Origin: a virus
IMG/VR virus record: IMGVR_UViG_3300027439_000001
Coordinates: 1 to 53,903 of that record
Length of the DNA: 53,903 bases
Direction: 5' to 3' (one strand)
Below the pieces are notes generated by a model. It was not told the DNA's origin. It saw only the letters and a list, made by a program, of their open reading frames with translations, and made no database searches. Numbering within the stretch: the stretch's first letter is position 1; every line of letters starts with the position of its first letter. The position numbers and the translations under genes are program-made. Below, in pieces: positions 1-8,282 of this stretch.

Positions 1-99
1 GGCTGCGTTACCTGCCAGAAGGTCCCGGTCACGGGCGTTGTCGGCATCGTGGCGATAGAGACGGGCTGAGTCGATTGCCAAAACGTTCCGGTTACGGGA
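1..99. repeat. Terminal direct repeat copy A, an exact duplicate of 53805..53903 (contig circular-closure overlap)
   Basis: Direct comparison: bases 1-99 (ggctgcgttacctgccagaagg...ccggttacggga) equal the last 99 bases of the window. Confidence 0.95.
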
Positions 100-368
100 A
101 TCGAAGCGTTCTGGACGTTGACCCAGAGTGCCCCGGAAGTCTCTTGGAGCGGAACGAGGTTGGCCGCCCCATCGTAAGCCTGAATGCCGGTCGATTGCCC
201 CGCTCCTACTGCGGTGTTCCCACTACCGGGTAGCGGAAAGACCGTCGAGGCAGAGATCGTCCCGGTTATAGGGATGGGAACTGCACCCGCAATCCCTTGT
301 ATGGCTAGGGCACTTGCCCCCTGAACTCCGGGCAGATTATATGAGGGGAGCCCCTGATTTAGCGCCAT
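1..368 (-). CDS. N-terminal part of a wrap-around virion protein with PVTGTFW tandem repeats (ATG at 368; continues at 53321..53804 in the circle; 283 aa total)
   Basis: Hand translation of the minus strand from ATG 368 (MALNQGLPSYNLPGVQGAS...IPVTGTFWQSTQPVSIATMPTT) has no stop down to base 1. It is in frame with ORF 53321..53851 once 53805 is equated with 1. Confidence 0.65.
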   Translation of the reverse strand, partial: MALNQGLPSYNLPGVQGASALAIQGIAGAVPIPITGTISASTVFPLPGSGNTAVGAGQSTGIQAYDGAANLVPLQETSGALWVNVQNASIPVTGTFWQSTQPVSIATMPTTPVTGTFWQVTQ

Positions 369-383
369 AACGGCCGCAGCCCG

Positions 384-689
384 CTACGCATAGTGCAGGG
401 TTACTCCGGGGTTCGTTGCGCTGCCCACTACCACAAGACTTGTGAGAAAAGCATTCCCGCCGGGGATCGCGTAGTAGCCGAGTGCCGGACTCGCAGGGAA
501 GGCGAAGATCGTCGTTCCGCTCGGCCCGTCCGTGATGACCAGCGGGTTCGCGCCGGTCGCCGTAACCGTAACTCCGAACAATCTTCCGCGCGTGGATTTG
601 ACCGTAGCAGCGGTCGCGCTTACTGAGACGGCCGTGCTAGTGACCGGGCACGTCGCGTCAATGTCGGTGCTCAGTGTTCTATCAGGCAC
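384..689 (-). CDS. hypothetical small late protein (S/T/A/G-rich)
   Basis: ORF track 101 aa; packed in the late block; stop lies 15 nt before the next start; no motif recognised. Confidence 0.55.
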   Translation of the reverse strand: MPDRTLSTDIDATCPVTSTAVSVSATAATVKSTRGRLFGVTVTATGANPLVITDGPSGTTIFAFPASPALGYYAIPGGNAFLTSLVVVGSATNPGVTLHYA

Positions 690-692
690 GGC

Positions 693-950
693 TCACCGTT
701 GCGTCGTTTCTAGTCCGTAGGTGTTGGGCTGCGTAGCGGAATACTGCGTCCCGATTGCGACGTTGCTAGGACTTACCGCCGTGCTTAGGTTGGAGGCGTT
801 AGCGTTGACGCACTCTGCAAGCGCAATAACCGCTCCGCAGAGGTCAAAGATTTGGTTGTTGACGTCTTCGTAAATGCCATCGCTGATAGATTCCTGAAGG
901 GCTATCGCGATATTCAAGGCGTACTGCGATACGACCGCGGTTGTCGCCAC
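693..950 (-). CDS. hypothetical late protein, YEDV-motif paralog B
   Basis: 85 aa; SDGIYEDVNNQIFDLCGAVIALAECVN aligns with LGNYEDVYDYIQDLAAAINCLAQAGL of the neighbouring ORF. Confidence 0.6.
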   Translation of the reverse strand: MATTAVVSQYALNIAIALQESISDGIYEDVNNQIFDLCGAVIALAECVNANASNLSTAVSPSNVAIGTQYSATQPNTYGLETTQR

Positions 951-953
951 GAA

Positions 954-1244
954 TCACACCGCCGCAGTATTGATGTTTGTCGGAATGGCGGCGTTAGCCG
1001 CGTAGGCTGCCCGCACCGTAACAGTACCAACCGAAGAAGCCGTCGAGTTGTTCACCGTAAGCCCCGCTTGCGCGAGACAGTTGATTGCAGCCGCTAAGTC
1101 TTGGATGTAGTCGTAGACGTCCTCGTAGTTCCCAAGCTGACAATTCTTCCCGACCACCGTAGCAATATCAGCCGCAATCTGCGCGAGTTGCGCTGCGGTC
1201 GGAGTAGCGACGGGGTTGGTGACGGCTACGACTGAGCTTGCCAT
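954..1244 (-). CDS. hypothetical late protein, YEDV-motif paralog A
   Basis: 96 aa; tandem paralog of 693..950; 3-nt spacers to neighbours. Confidence 0.6.
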   Translation of the reverse strand: MASSVVAVTNPVATPTAAQLAQIAADIATVVGKNCQLGNYEDVYDYIQDLAAAINCLAQAGLTVNNSTASSVGTVTVRAAYAANAAIPTNINTAAV

Positions 1245-1523
1245 CTACTCTTCCTTCTCTTCCTCGGTAAGACCGCGCTTTTTTCTCATCGCGGCCCACG
1301 TATCTTCAGGGTAGCAGTCTTTCCAAGGCACGAGCCTTCCGGTCGTACTGCGGACCCCATGCTGTTCGCCGTGGGAACTTGGAGAGAACGGTTCGTTGAA
1401 GGTGTGGATGTGCCGGGGTAATTCCGCCGTCGAGGGGTCGGCAAAGCGGAGCGCGCCGATAGGCCGTGTGTCTTCCTCTGGCATTTGAAACGGGACCGGA
1501 ATGTTCCGACGACGCGCCATCAC
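1245..1523 (-). CDS. hypothetical protein
   Basis: 92 aa ORF; 4-nt overlap with upstream gene 1520..2239; abuts 954..1244. Confidence 0.55.
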   Translation of the reverse strand: MMARRRNIPVPFQMPEEDTRPIGALRFADPSTAELPRHIHTFNEPFSPSSHGEQHGVRSTTGRLVPWKDCYPEDTWAAMRKKRGLTEEEKEE

Positions 1524-2239
1524 GCCTCGACGAGATCGAGTGCGCTGAGATATTCTTTATCCAAGGCTTCAATCGTCTGCTTCTGCGTCTCGCGAATGAA
1601 CTCCAAGAATCCATACGGATTCTCGAGGTCGGTCGTCTCGCCGTCGTCGGTGAAACTCATCACGGGATTGTGGCGCGAGCGCCATGCAACCGCAAGCCGG
1701 GATTTTTCGTCCCCGACTACCGTAGCGTCGGGAGCCCCATTATCTTTGCGAACCGCGCGCATTCTCTGATAGTTCCCCAAGAAGAGGTCCCAAGCGCCTT
1801 CGCGCACTTCAACCCGAGGCGGAGGAGAATCCGTGGTACGGGCGGGTGGAATGGCGTAGGTCTGTCCGCCGACTTTGAACGAGAAGATCACCGGATGGAT
1901 CTCGGTCTTGTAGCGGTTCATATCCTTGCCCTGTTCGATTCGCTTGTAAAGCGTATCGACGTTGTAGATTTTGGCAAGTTCCCGATCGTAGATGAGCGCC
2001 TCTTCGGCACCGCGCGTTGAAGAAACCGCCACCACAATGCGCTTCCAGGCTTTGGTGCGCGACCAGTTCTGCACGTAGATTCTGGCCGGGGGAATCTGGT
2101 AGTTCATCGGGACATTGAAGTTCTCGCCCTGGCCTGTCCCAAGAGGGTGATTCTGCAGGTCTAAGTACGCTTGAAGCGTCTGCGCTCGAACTGCTGGATT
2201 CTTGAGTTGATGCCCAACTTCGCTTGTCTTTGGTTCCAC
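1520..2239 (-). CDS. hypothetical virion protein (position compatible with head-tail adaptor or tail tube, unverified)
   Basis: 239 aa ORF in the late block downstream of the capsid gene; no motif recognised. Confidence 0.55.
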   Translation of the reverse strand: MEPKTSEVGHQLKNPAVRAQTLQAYLDLQNHPLGTGQGENFNVPMNYQIPPARIYVQNWSRTKAWKRIVVAVSSTRGAEEALIYDRELAKIYNVDTLYKRIEQGKDMNRYKTEIHPVIFSFKVGGQTYAIPPARTTDSPPPRVEVREGAWDLFLGNYQRMRAVRKDNGAPDATVVGDEKSRLAVAWRSRHNPVMSFTDDGETTDLENPYGFLEFIRETQKQTIEALDKEYLSALDLVEA

Positions 2240-2275
2240 TACTTAACCTTTCTGTATTACCAACTAACGAATTAG

Positions 2276-2905
2276 TTAGTACCCGCCGACATACACGTTC
2301 AGAAGCGCCGGGATGGAGATCGCCGTCGCCAAGTTACCCGCTGCCGTTGCAAGCACGGTTCCGGCGTTGGTTACCGGCTGATTGAGCGCGGTGAGGTTTC
2401 CCGCACCGTCTGAGCCCAGCGGCATACCGGCTGAGATTGCAGCCGTGTTGACCGTTGAGGTACAGAAGGCTTGGATTGGGCCGTCGTACATGACCACGGC
2501 TTTTACGCCCGGACCTTCGTTGCCGCTTGAGGTGCTCACCGCAACTCCGGCGTCGGAAGCTAATCCCGCAGCTTGCACAATTCCGTACTGCCCGCGCGGA
2601 ATGGCCTGACTCTTGACCGAGTTCAGTTTCCAGCGTGACCCGAAGGCACCCTGAATCGGGTCCATGACCAAGAGTTTTCCGGCAATGGCTGGGGTAGCAG
2701 CCTGCGCTGCGGTACTCAGCCCGATCAACGACGGACCCGTAACGTCCAAGACTTCGATCGTCGACTCTTCGAGCCGAGGAGCCGACACCATGGGATTCGT
2801 TGAGGTACCGGCGGTCTGCACGCCCGCGCCACCCGGCAGAAGTCCCGTCAGGTACGACGGATTCCCCGAGCCTGTCGACACATTGTAAAGTCGGTGAAGA
2901 GGCAT
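2276..2905 (-). CDS. hypothetical capsid-associated protein (G/A/S/T-rich; possible decoration protein)
   Basis: 209 aa ORF two genes after the capsid-like gene; composition only. Confidence 0.5.
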   Translation of the reverse strand: MPLHRLYNVSTGSGNPSYLTGLLPGGAGVQTAGTSTNPMVSAPRLEESTIEVLDVTGPSLIGLSTAAQAATPAIAGKLLVMDPIQGAFGSRWKLNSVKSQAIPRGQYGIVQAAGLASDAGVAVSTSSGNEGPGVKAVVMYDGPIQAFCTSTVNTAAISAGMPLGSDGAGNLTALNQPVTNAGTVLATAAGNLATAISIPALLNVYVGGY

Positions 2906-3171
2906 TACGCTCCGCCTCTCTTGCGGTGCGTGCCCTTGACCATGCGCGTCCCGTGCTCCCAGTTCGAGTCATACGACTCGAGATCGTGCAAGGGACCAAC
3001 GCCCATTGCGCCTGGTGTATCGGTTGGGCCGGCAAGAGTTTTGTGCTCACGGCTGCCGTACACTTTGTCGATCCCGACGTTCCACGGATTGTCGTAGTTC
3101 TCGGCCGGGTAGTCTGGGCCAACCGACTTACTCTTACGAGTCTCTCCGCCCTTAGGGTGTCCGCGTTTCAT
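2905..3171 (-). CDS. hypothetical protein
   Basis: 88 aa ORF between the capsid-like gene and 2276..2905; 1-nt overlap downstream. Confidence 0.5.
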   Translation of the reverse strand: MKRGHPKGGETRKSKSVGPDYPAENYDNPWNVGIDKVYGSREHKTLAGPTDTPGAMGVGPLHDLESYDSNWEHGTRMVKGTHRKRGGA

Positions 3172-3202
3172 AATGGTTATTCTCCTAGAAGTTTATGAGA
3201 CT

Positions 3203-4225
3203 TTAAAGATTAAGAAGGTCGTTGCAAGGCCCGTAGAGCCCATTGAGGCGAGGGTTGTCGGTTGCGTTTGCAAGCCCGATCACGTACCGGCAGGTCTTCT
3301 CCAGCACGTTCGGCGTGTCGATCCACGGCACGAAGTCAAAGCCCTTTTCACCGAAGTAACGATACTTCGTGTGGTTGGCATTGACGTAGAAGAAGTTGTA
3401 CCCGATGTTGGTTCCGCTCGCGATGGTATCGAAGTGGTTATCGCCGATCCACTGAGCAGAGAGAAGATGGGGGTTTCCCAAGTACGGGTTGGCCGAATCT
3501 CCCGGCGAGACTCTTACCTGTGAGTCCAGCGTGAACATATAGCTAGAGACGGCTTGCTGATGCCCGAAGATGTGGGTGGGAGAAGCGTCTCCGACTACGC
3601 AGGCTGCCATGTTGCGGAGAATCTGCGATCTTGCAGCATCATTCGACGCGGTGCCAAGACCGCTTGTTGCCAAGACGATCGCCTGCCCTTGCCAATTCGC
3701 GAAAGAGTTGGTCCCGAGTCGCGCGATGTTCGCGTACACATCGAAGACCGCTCCATTGTCACACGCTTCTGGAATACCGACCAGCGGCATACCGTGATTG
3801 GTCGAACGCCCCTTGGTTGCAGAACAGGTGTCCTGACCCAGAAGGTCCGTGATGGAGCCGATGGCCGTCTCGATCTGAACCGTAAGGTTGTCGACCCGCA
3901 TGTTCGGGCCACGCACGAGTTTGACCGTGATGTAGTCGAGGCTGACCGCGGTTTGGTACCACGACCAGGGCATCGACGCTACGGAGTAGAGCGACTGTGG
4001 GCCGCTCGAAAGTGTATCGGACTGGCCGAACGATTCGGCTGTATCGTTCTTCGCCGTTAAGATCGGCAGGGCCAGGAAACGCCCTTCGTCATGCCGCTGC
4101 GCATTGTCCCAACAAACACGAACGATCCGATTGCCGATGAATACGGCGTCAGAAACGTATGGCGCGAACGATTCGGCCAAAATCGAACTCGACTGGTCAA
4201 AGCCGCCTAAACCGCTAGTCGGCAT
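3203..4225 (-). CDS. major capsid protein (candidate)
   Basis: 340 aa; third in a portal / A-E-Q-rich scaffold-like / capsid gene order; AGGAG 8 nt upstream of ATG 4225; no family motif verified. Confidence 0.6.
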   Translation of the reverse strand: MPTSGLGGFDQSSSILAESFAPYVSDAVFIGNRIVRVCWDNAQRHDEGRFLALPILTAKNDTAESFGQSDTLSSGPQSLYSVASMPWSWYQTAVSLDYITVKLVRGPNMRVDNLTVQIETAIGSITDLLGQDTCSATKGRSTNHGMPLVGIPEACDNGAVFDVYANIARLGTNSFANWQGQAIVLATSGLGTASNDAARSQILRNMAACVVGDASPTHIFGHQQAVSSYMFTLDSQVRVSPGDSANPYLGNPHLLSAQWIGDNHFDTIASGTNIGYNFFYVNANHTKYRYFGEKGFDFVPWIDTPNVLEKTCRYVIGLANATDNPRLNGLYGPCNDLLNL

Positions 4226-4952
4226 AAGCGTACTCCTGCTTGACTTGCTTGTACCCGATACCGCTCATGGCTTTTATTCCTTTGCTTGAATTGCACTGAA
4301 GGCAGAGCAGTTGAAGGTTGTCGGGGGCATTGCTACCACCGACTGAGGCCGGAACGATGTGATCGACCGTCAGTTTCTTCCGAAGTCCGCACATGGCGCA
4401 GCGCCCGTCTTGTAACAAGCGCAGAAGAAAAATGTCGTGCTCTGTCCAGGTACCAGGATTCCCGAGAATCCGGGCCCGGCGGGTGTGAAAATCGCGAACG
4501 CCTAAGAAGCGTCCGCGCTCGCTCGTCTTGTAACGGTGAACTTGCTCCGCAAACCTTATCGGGTCCTCAGTCTTGTAACGACGCTTGTTCGCGGCAAGAC
4601 GAGCCCGCTGCGCTGGATTGGCGGCGTACCAGCGACTTAGATAGACACTCCGACACGGCTTGCAGCGTGTGCGTTCGGGACGCGGAACTCCACAGGTGTT
4701 GCACACCCCGTGTAGATTCTTTGAGCCGACCGTTAGGCCGATGAGATTCTCCAAGTCGGAAGCGTTTGCTACGCCTCTACGGATTTGGAGTCCGTCGCTT
4801 CTTCGTGGCCGAGGTCCGAAGGGGAGTCCCGACCGGAGCGCCAGGTCTATTCCGAGGGGTCTATTTTTCTTTGTCCGCAGTGCCGGATTGCCTTGCGACG
4901 TCCGACGTGCTTTCGTCACCATACTATCACATCCGCGCAAGTCCTCCTGCAC
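4215..4952 (-). CDS. HNH homing-type endonuclease with N-terminal CxxCG...CxxC zinc ribbon
   Basis: C-terminal CAMCGLRKKLTVDHIVPASVGGSNAPDNLQLLCLQCNSSKG (HNH); N-terminal CNTCGVPRPERTRCKPC; AGGAGG RBS; inserted between scaffold and capsid genes. Confidence 0.85.
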   Translation of the reverse strand: MQEDLRGCDSMVTKARRTSQGNPALRTKKNRPLGIDLALRSGLPFGPRPRRSDGLQIRRGVANASDLENLIGLTVGSKNLHGVCNTCGVPRPERTRCKPCRSVYLSRWYAANPAQRARLAANKRRYKTEDPIRFAEQVHRYKTSERGRFLGVRDFHTRRARILGNPGTWTEHDIFLLRLLQDGRCAMCGLRKKLTVDHIVPASVGGSNAPDNLQLLCLQCNSSKGIKAMSGIGYKQVKQEYAYAD

Positions 4953-4960
4953 AAGCGAAA

Positions 4961-4992
4961 GCCCCGTTGCAACCGCGAAGCAGAAACGGGGC
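4961..4992 (-). terminator. hairpin downstream of the scaffold gene (possible attenuator or terminator)
   Basis: Minus strand GCCCCGTT-16 nt-AACGGGGC followed by TTTCGCTT; the T tract is weak. Confidence 0.35.
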
Positions 4993-5014
4993 CTCCACTC
5001 ACATACTTTGCTTT

Positions 5015-6406
5015 TTAGGCGGGCTGTCCTTGTGCAGCCATATAGGCTTGCTGCTCCCGAAGATACTGACCGGGAGGCTTCATCGTCCCATCGGGGTTTT
5101 TCGTGGACGGCTTTTGAACAGGTGGAGGTGGAGCGGATTGTGTTGGAGCGCCTCCGCCAACGGTTCTTGACGCGGCGATCGCTTGCGTTCGTGCCAATTC
5201 CCCATGCTTCTGCTCCGCTTGCTGAAGAGCGGTCGCCGTAGGACTCGAGGTAGCGGCTAATCTCTCGGACTCGTTCTGCATAGCGACCTGCCCCCCGAAT
5301 ACAATTCCTGCTCGAATCCCGTAAGCGTCGGCGTACCCACCCTCTCTCGTCTGCTGGACGGCCTTCTGCCAGAATGGATCCTGCGCTCCGAGATCGAGCC
5401 GAACGTGCCCAGGGAACATCCTGTCAAGGTCTTTATGGGCGTCCTGCATAGCGTTCGCTGTTCTGGTTTGCTCCTGCTGCTGTTGCCGGGCTCGTTCCGC
5501 TGCGGTCTGGTCGCGCTGTTCGAGTGCGGTGAACTTCTGCTCCAAAGATTCGTACTTGGCAACCAGCGGCTTGACTCGTTCGGCGAAGAACGGGTCCTCG
5601 GCATCGAGGTCAAATCCCGTCTCGGGAGTCGGAGTCCCGGCGGCGGCGGCCTCTTGGCGAGCCTGCTCGATCAAGGGTAAGCCCCTCTGCATCCGATCGT
5701 ACCCTTGGGCGACGTAATTCCCGTAGGCGTCGTTTTCAATAGCGGCCTGGATGAGCGGGAGGACCCGGTTGATGCGCCCGTCCTCGATCATCTGCCGCAG
5801 AACAGGGTCGGCGTTCTTGAGATAGGACACGGTGCGGTCGTAGGTAGCCCGGCGCTTGTACCCGTTCTTGGCCGAGGGGGCAAAGTTCTTCGGGACTCTA
5901 ACGGGGTATTTTAGCTCTAGGTCCGGGTCCTCGACTTCAAACTCTTCGTAGTCGGCAAAAGCATCGACCACAGCTTGAGCGGCGGCTTCAGCGGCCTGTG
6001 AGCCGGCCTCCTGAACAGCGGGAGCGCCCTTATCCTCCGGTGGGGCGACGGCACCGGCGATGAACGCCTGATGCTCGGTAATGAGTTGTTCGGCTGTTTT
6101 GCCCGGAACCGTCCCTACTTCGGGAGAGGGTTCTGCGGGGGCTCCTGCAATCGGCCCGGCGGCCTGCTCCCCTTCGGGGATGGCGACCCCACCTTCTGAG
6201 AACTCCGGGGTCTTGGGGGCCTTGCCTCTCGGATGGACCGGCTGGCCGGTGTTCTCATCGAGGGTGACTGTGCCTTTGGAGAAGGTGGGAATCCCCGCTG
6301 CAAGGGTCGCCGCGTCGGCGTCCGGGGAGATTTTTCCCTCTTTGACCATATCGGCCATAAGAGCGGTCGCATGGTCGCGAACTGATGGAAGAGTTTTCTC
6401 GGCCAT
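5015..6406 (-). CDS. scaffolding protein (candidate)
   Basis: 463 aa, A/E/Q/P-rich with predicted helical stretches; located between the portal-like and capsid-like genes. Confidence 0.55.
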   Translation of the reverse strand: MAEKTLPSVRDHATALMADMVKEGKISPDADAATLAAGIPTFSKGTVTLDENTGQPVHPRGKAPKTPEFSEGGVAIPEGEQAAGPIAGAPAEPSPEVGTVPGKTAEQLITEHQAFIAGAVAPPEDKGAPAVQEAGSQAAEAAAQAVVDAFADYEEFEVEDPDLELKYPVRVPKNFAPSAKNGYKRRATYDRTVSYLKNADPVLRQMIEDGRINRVLPLIQAAIENDAYGNYVAQGYDRMQRGLPLIEQARQEAAAAGTPTPETGFDLDAEDPFFAERVKPLVAKYESLEQKFTALEQRDQTAAERARQQQQEQTRTANAMQDAHKDLDRMFPGHVRLDLGAQDPFWQKAVQQTREGGYADAYGIRAGIVFGGQVAMQNESERLAATSSPTATALQQAEQKHGELARTQAIAASRTVGGGAPTQSAPPPPVQKPSTKNPDGTMKPPGQYLREQQAYMAAQGQPA

Positions 6407-6409
6407 AGG

Positions 6410-6649
6410 TTACTTGAGTCCTGCGGCGATAACGGCTTCAGCCTTCTTGCGAAGCGACGGCGAGACGCCTTTCGCTCCTAGCACCGCAAGGGCCAGCGTG
6501 TACTGAACAGACAACGGTATCGTGTAGTAGTACGGGTACTGTTGCGTGTACGGGTACGGAATACAATTTTGCAGGTTGCTAGCAGTACCGCCAATAGTAT
6601 TCACGGCTTGGTTAAGGGACTCGTTGACTTGCTGCGCAGTTCCGTTCAT
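6410..6649 (-). CDS. hypothetical protein (Y/P/Q-rich centre, C-terminal hydrophobic helix)
   Basis: 79 aa ORF immediately upstream of the scaffold gene. Confidence 0.5.
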   Translation of the reverse strand: MNGTAQQVNESLNQAVNTIGGTASNLQNCIPYPYTQQYPYYYTIPLSVQYTLALAVLGAKGVSPSLRKKAEAVIAAGLK

Positions 6650-6807
6650 CGTGCTCGCTTTCTCTGGTAATGGTTGCGGGACGAGGTGCCGCCCCTCGTT
6701 GCCTCGGGTTATGGGCCCGGGTCTGATCTGACCAGCCTCCCGCGATGAGCCGCCCCTGGTTCACAAATGGCGAAGTAAACCAGGAACGGCAACCCTAACG
6801 CCTTGCG

Positions 6808-6936
6808 CTAGTGTTTCTTAGAGCGTTTCTTTCCGCCCTTGTGGTGGCGCTTCTTGCCTCCGCCCTTCTTGAAAGCGGCGATGTGATGCGCCAGTCCTTT
6901 CTTCGCGTGTTTCTTGGACTTACGTCTACGAGCCAT
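6808..6936 (-). CDS. 42-aa extremely basic (protamine-like) peptide
   Basis: Hand translation: MARRRKSKKHAKKGLAHHIAAFKKGGGKKRHHKGGKKRSKKH; AAGGAG upstream; below the ORF-track size cut-off; shares an AHH-x3-(F/W)-(K/R)-KG core with 52513..52698. Confidence 0.55.
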   Translation of the reverse strand: MARRRKSKKHAKKGLAHHIAAFKKGGGKKRHHKGGKKRSKKH

Positions 6937-6979
6937 CTTGTAAAATCAACTCCTTTCCCTTCATCTTGCGCTTCAAAGA

Positions 6980-7022
6980 AGGCGGTAACGCCTGGATTGA
7001 GCGTTCCTCGCCCGAAGGCGAG
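6980..7022 (-). terminator. two stem-loops just after the Pro-rich gene stop
   Basis: Minus strand CTCGCC-TTCG-GGCGAG (7007..7022), then AGGCG-TTAC-CGCCT followed by TCTTT (6980..6993). Confidence 0.3.
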
Positions 7023-7027
7023 AAAGT

Positions 7028-7540
7028 TTATGGGGCATCGTCGCCCCCTGTAGCTACCGGTTGAGCGTCGGCGTCGGCTGAGTTCTCACCACCGCTCGTT
7101 GCCCCGTTCATAGACGGTTCCGGCGAGACAGTCGGGGAAGCCGAACCACCCATGGTCCCTGCCGTGTAACTTGAAAGGAGTTCGGTTTGCGTGTTCAGGC
7201 ACGATTGAAGAACGGCGACGACGGCGGGGATCTTCTGAAAATCGACGCTCCGTAACGCCGTTTTCAGTGCCCGCACTGATAAATCTACAGCCTGCCATCC
7301 AGGACCGTGCGTAGGGGAGAGGTCTGAAAGCATCCCGGCAAGAGGAGACATCGGGCCAAGTCCACCAGGGCCAGGTTGTGAAGCCCCTGGCGGTGGGCCT
7401 GGAGGGGGCATAGGAGGCGGCGGTGCCGCCGGAGGCTGCATGGGCGGTGGTGCCATTCCAGGGAGAGCACCCATAGGTGGCCTTGGAGGTGGCGGAACGC
7501 CTGCCCCCGGCCCGAGTGCGCCTGGCGGTATCCCCGCCAC
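7028..7540 (-). CDS. hypothetical protein with N-terminal poly-proline/glycine low-complexity region
   Basis: 170 aa; PPPPRPPMGALPGMAPPPMQPPAAPPPPMPPPGPPPG; located between portal/HNH and the scaffold gene. Confidence 0.55.
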   Translation of the reverse strand: MAGIPPGALGPGAGVPPPPRPPMGALPGMAPPPMQPPAAPPPPMPPPGPPPGASQPGPGGLGPMSPLAGMLSDLSPTHGPGWQAVDLSVRALKTALRSVDFQKIPAVVAVLQSCLNTQTELLSSYTAGTMGGSASPTVSPEPSMNGATSGGENSADADAQPVATGGDDAP

Positions 7541-7601
7541 GCTTAGTGCGGCCTCACGCTTGGCCCGACATGGACTCTATGATAGCACAGTCCCTGCATG
7601 A

Positions 7602-8282
7602 TTATCCTGCCGCCTTCCCAAGAGGCAGTCCAATTTGCGTTCCGGGCTCAATACGATTGCGCTTCCGAGAGTTGCAACTTAAACAAAGGCCCTGCATATT
7701 ATAAGCAGCGTGAACACCGCCTTCACTGATCGGGTCTACATGGTCCATCGTGAGTTTGGTTTTCTTACCACAACCGTTGCACTGACCGCGCTGATTAGCA
7801 ACGATTGCTTCCCACTCTGTTTGAGTTATGCCTATTTGCCATGATAATCCAGCATTACGCGCTCGAAGCCAGGCGGCACGGCTCCCCTTATTTTTCTCGA
7901 ACCAGGCATGCCAAAAAGCCTTGCGTTTACCAGGGTGTTTGGCAAAGTATCGCAACGTAGCCGCCTTCATTTTGTCGCGATTTTCGGCGTACCACTCGCG
8001 CATATAATCAGCATGAGCCTCGCGCCATCTTTTATCCTTTGAGTAGCGAGCCTTGCGCCAACAAACCTTACAATACGATCCTCTTTTTCCGTTAGCAGGA
8101 TCACCGCAAGTTGGGCAGACAGCAGGCTGTTTTGGATGCAACTCCATTTTCCGCGAGTACTCTTTAATCCAGTCACGATTACGAGGGTGCGCTAGTCTCC
8201 ATTTTCGGTGGTAAACGCGCATACACGGACTGCAATTATTCCGAACCAAACCGTGGTCGCAACGCTTTTTAGCCGGCACCAC
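7602..8282 (-). CDS. HNH homing-type endonuclease with zinc-ribbon/basic repeats (start uncertain; ORF is open to 8459)
   Basis: CNGCGKKTKLTMDHVDPISEGGVHAAYNMQGLCLSCNSRK (HNH); CPTCGDPANGKRGSYCKVC ribbon; GTG 8282 is preceded by GAAAGAG and limits overlap with the portal 3' end; a 60-nt line at 7801 has 26/60 GC. Confidence 0.8.
   Translation of the reverse strand: MVPAKKRCDHGLVRNNCSPCMRVYHRKWRLAHPRNRDWIKEYSRKMELHPKQPAVCPTCGDPANGKRGSYCKVCWRKARYSKDKRWREAHADYMREWYAENRDKMKAATLRYFAKHPGKRKAFWHAWFEKNKGSRAAWLRARNAGLSWQIGITQTEWEAIVANQRGQCNGCGKKTKLTMDHVDPISEGGVHAAYNMQGLCLSCNSRKRNRIEPGTQIGLPLGKAAG

Noticed and set aside
6811-7053. Plus-strand 80-aa ORF opposite the basic-peptide gene
   Set aside because: It is isolated on the wrong strand inside the late block, has a leucine/serine-rich antisense-like composition, and lacks an RBS. 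The minus-strand 42-aa ORF with AAGGAG and a paralog elsewhere explains the region better.
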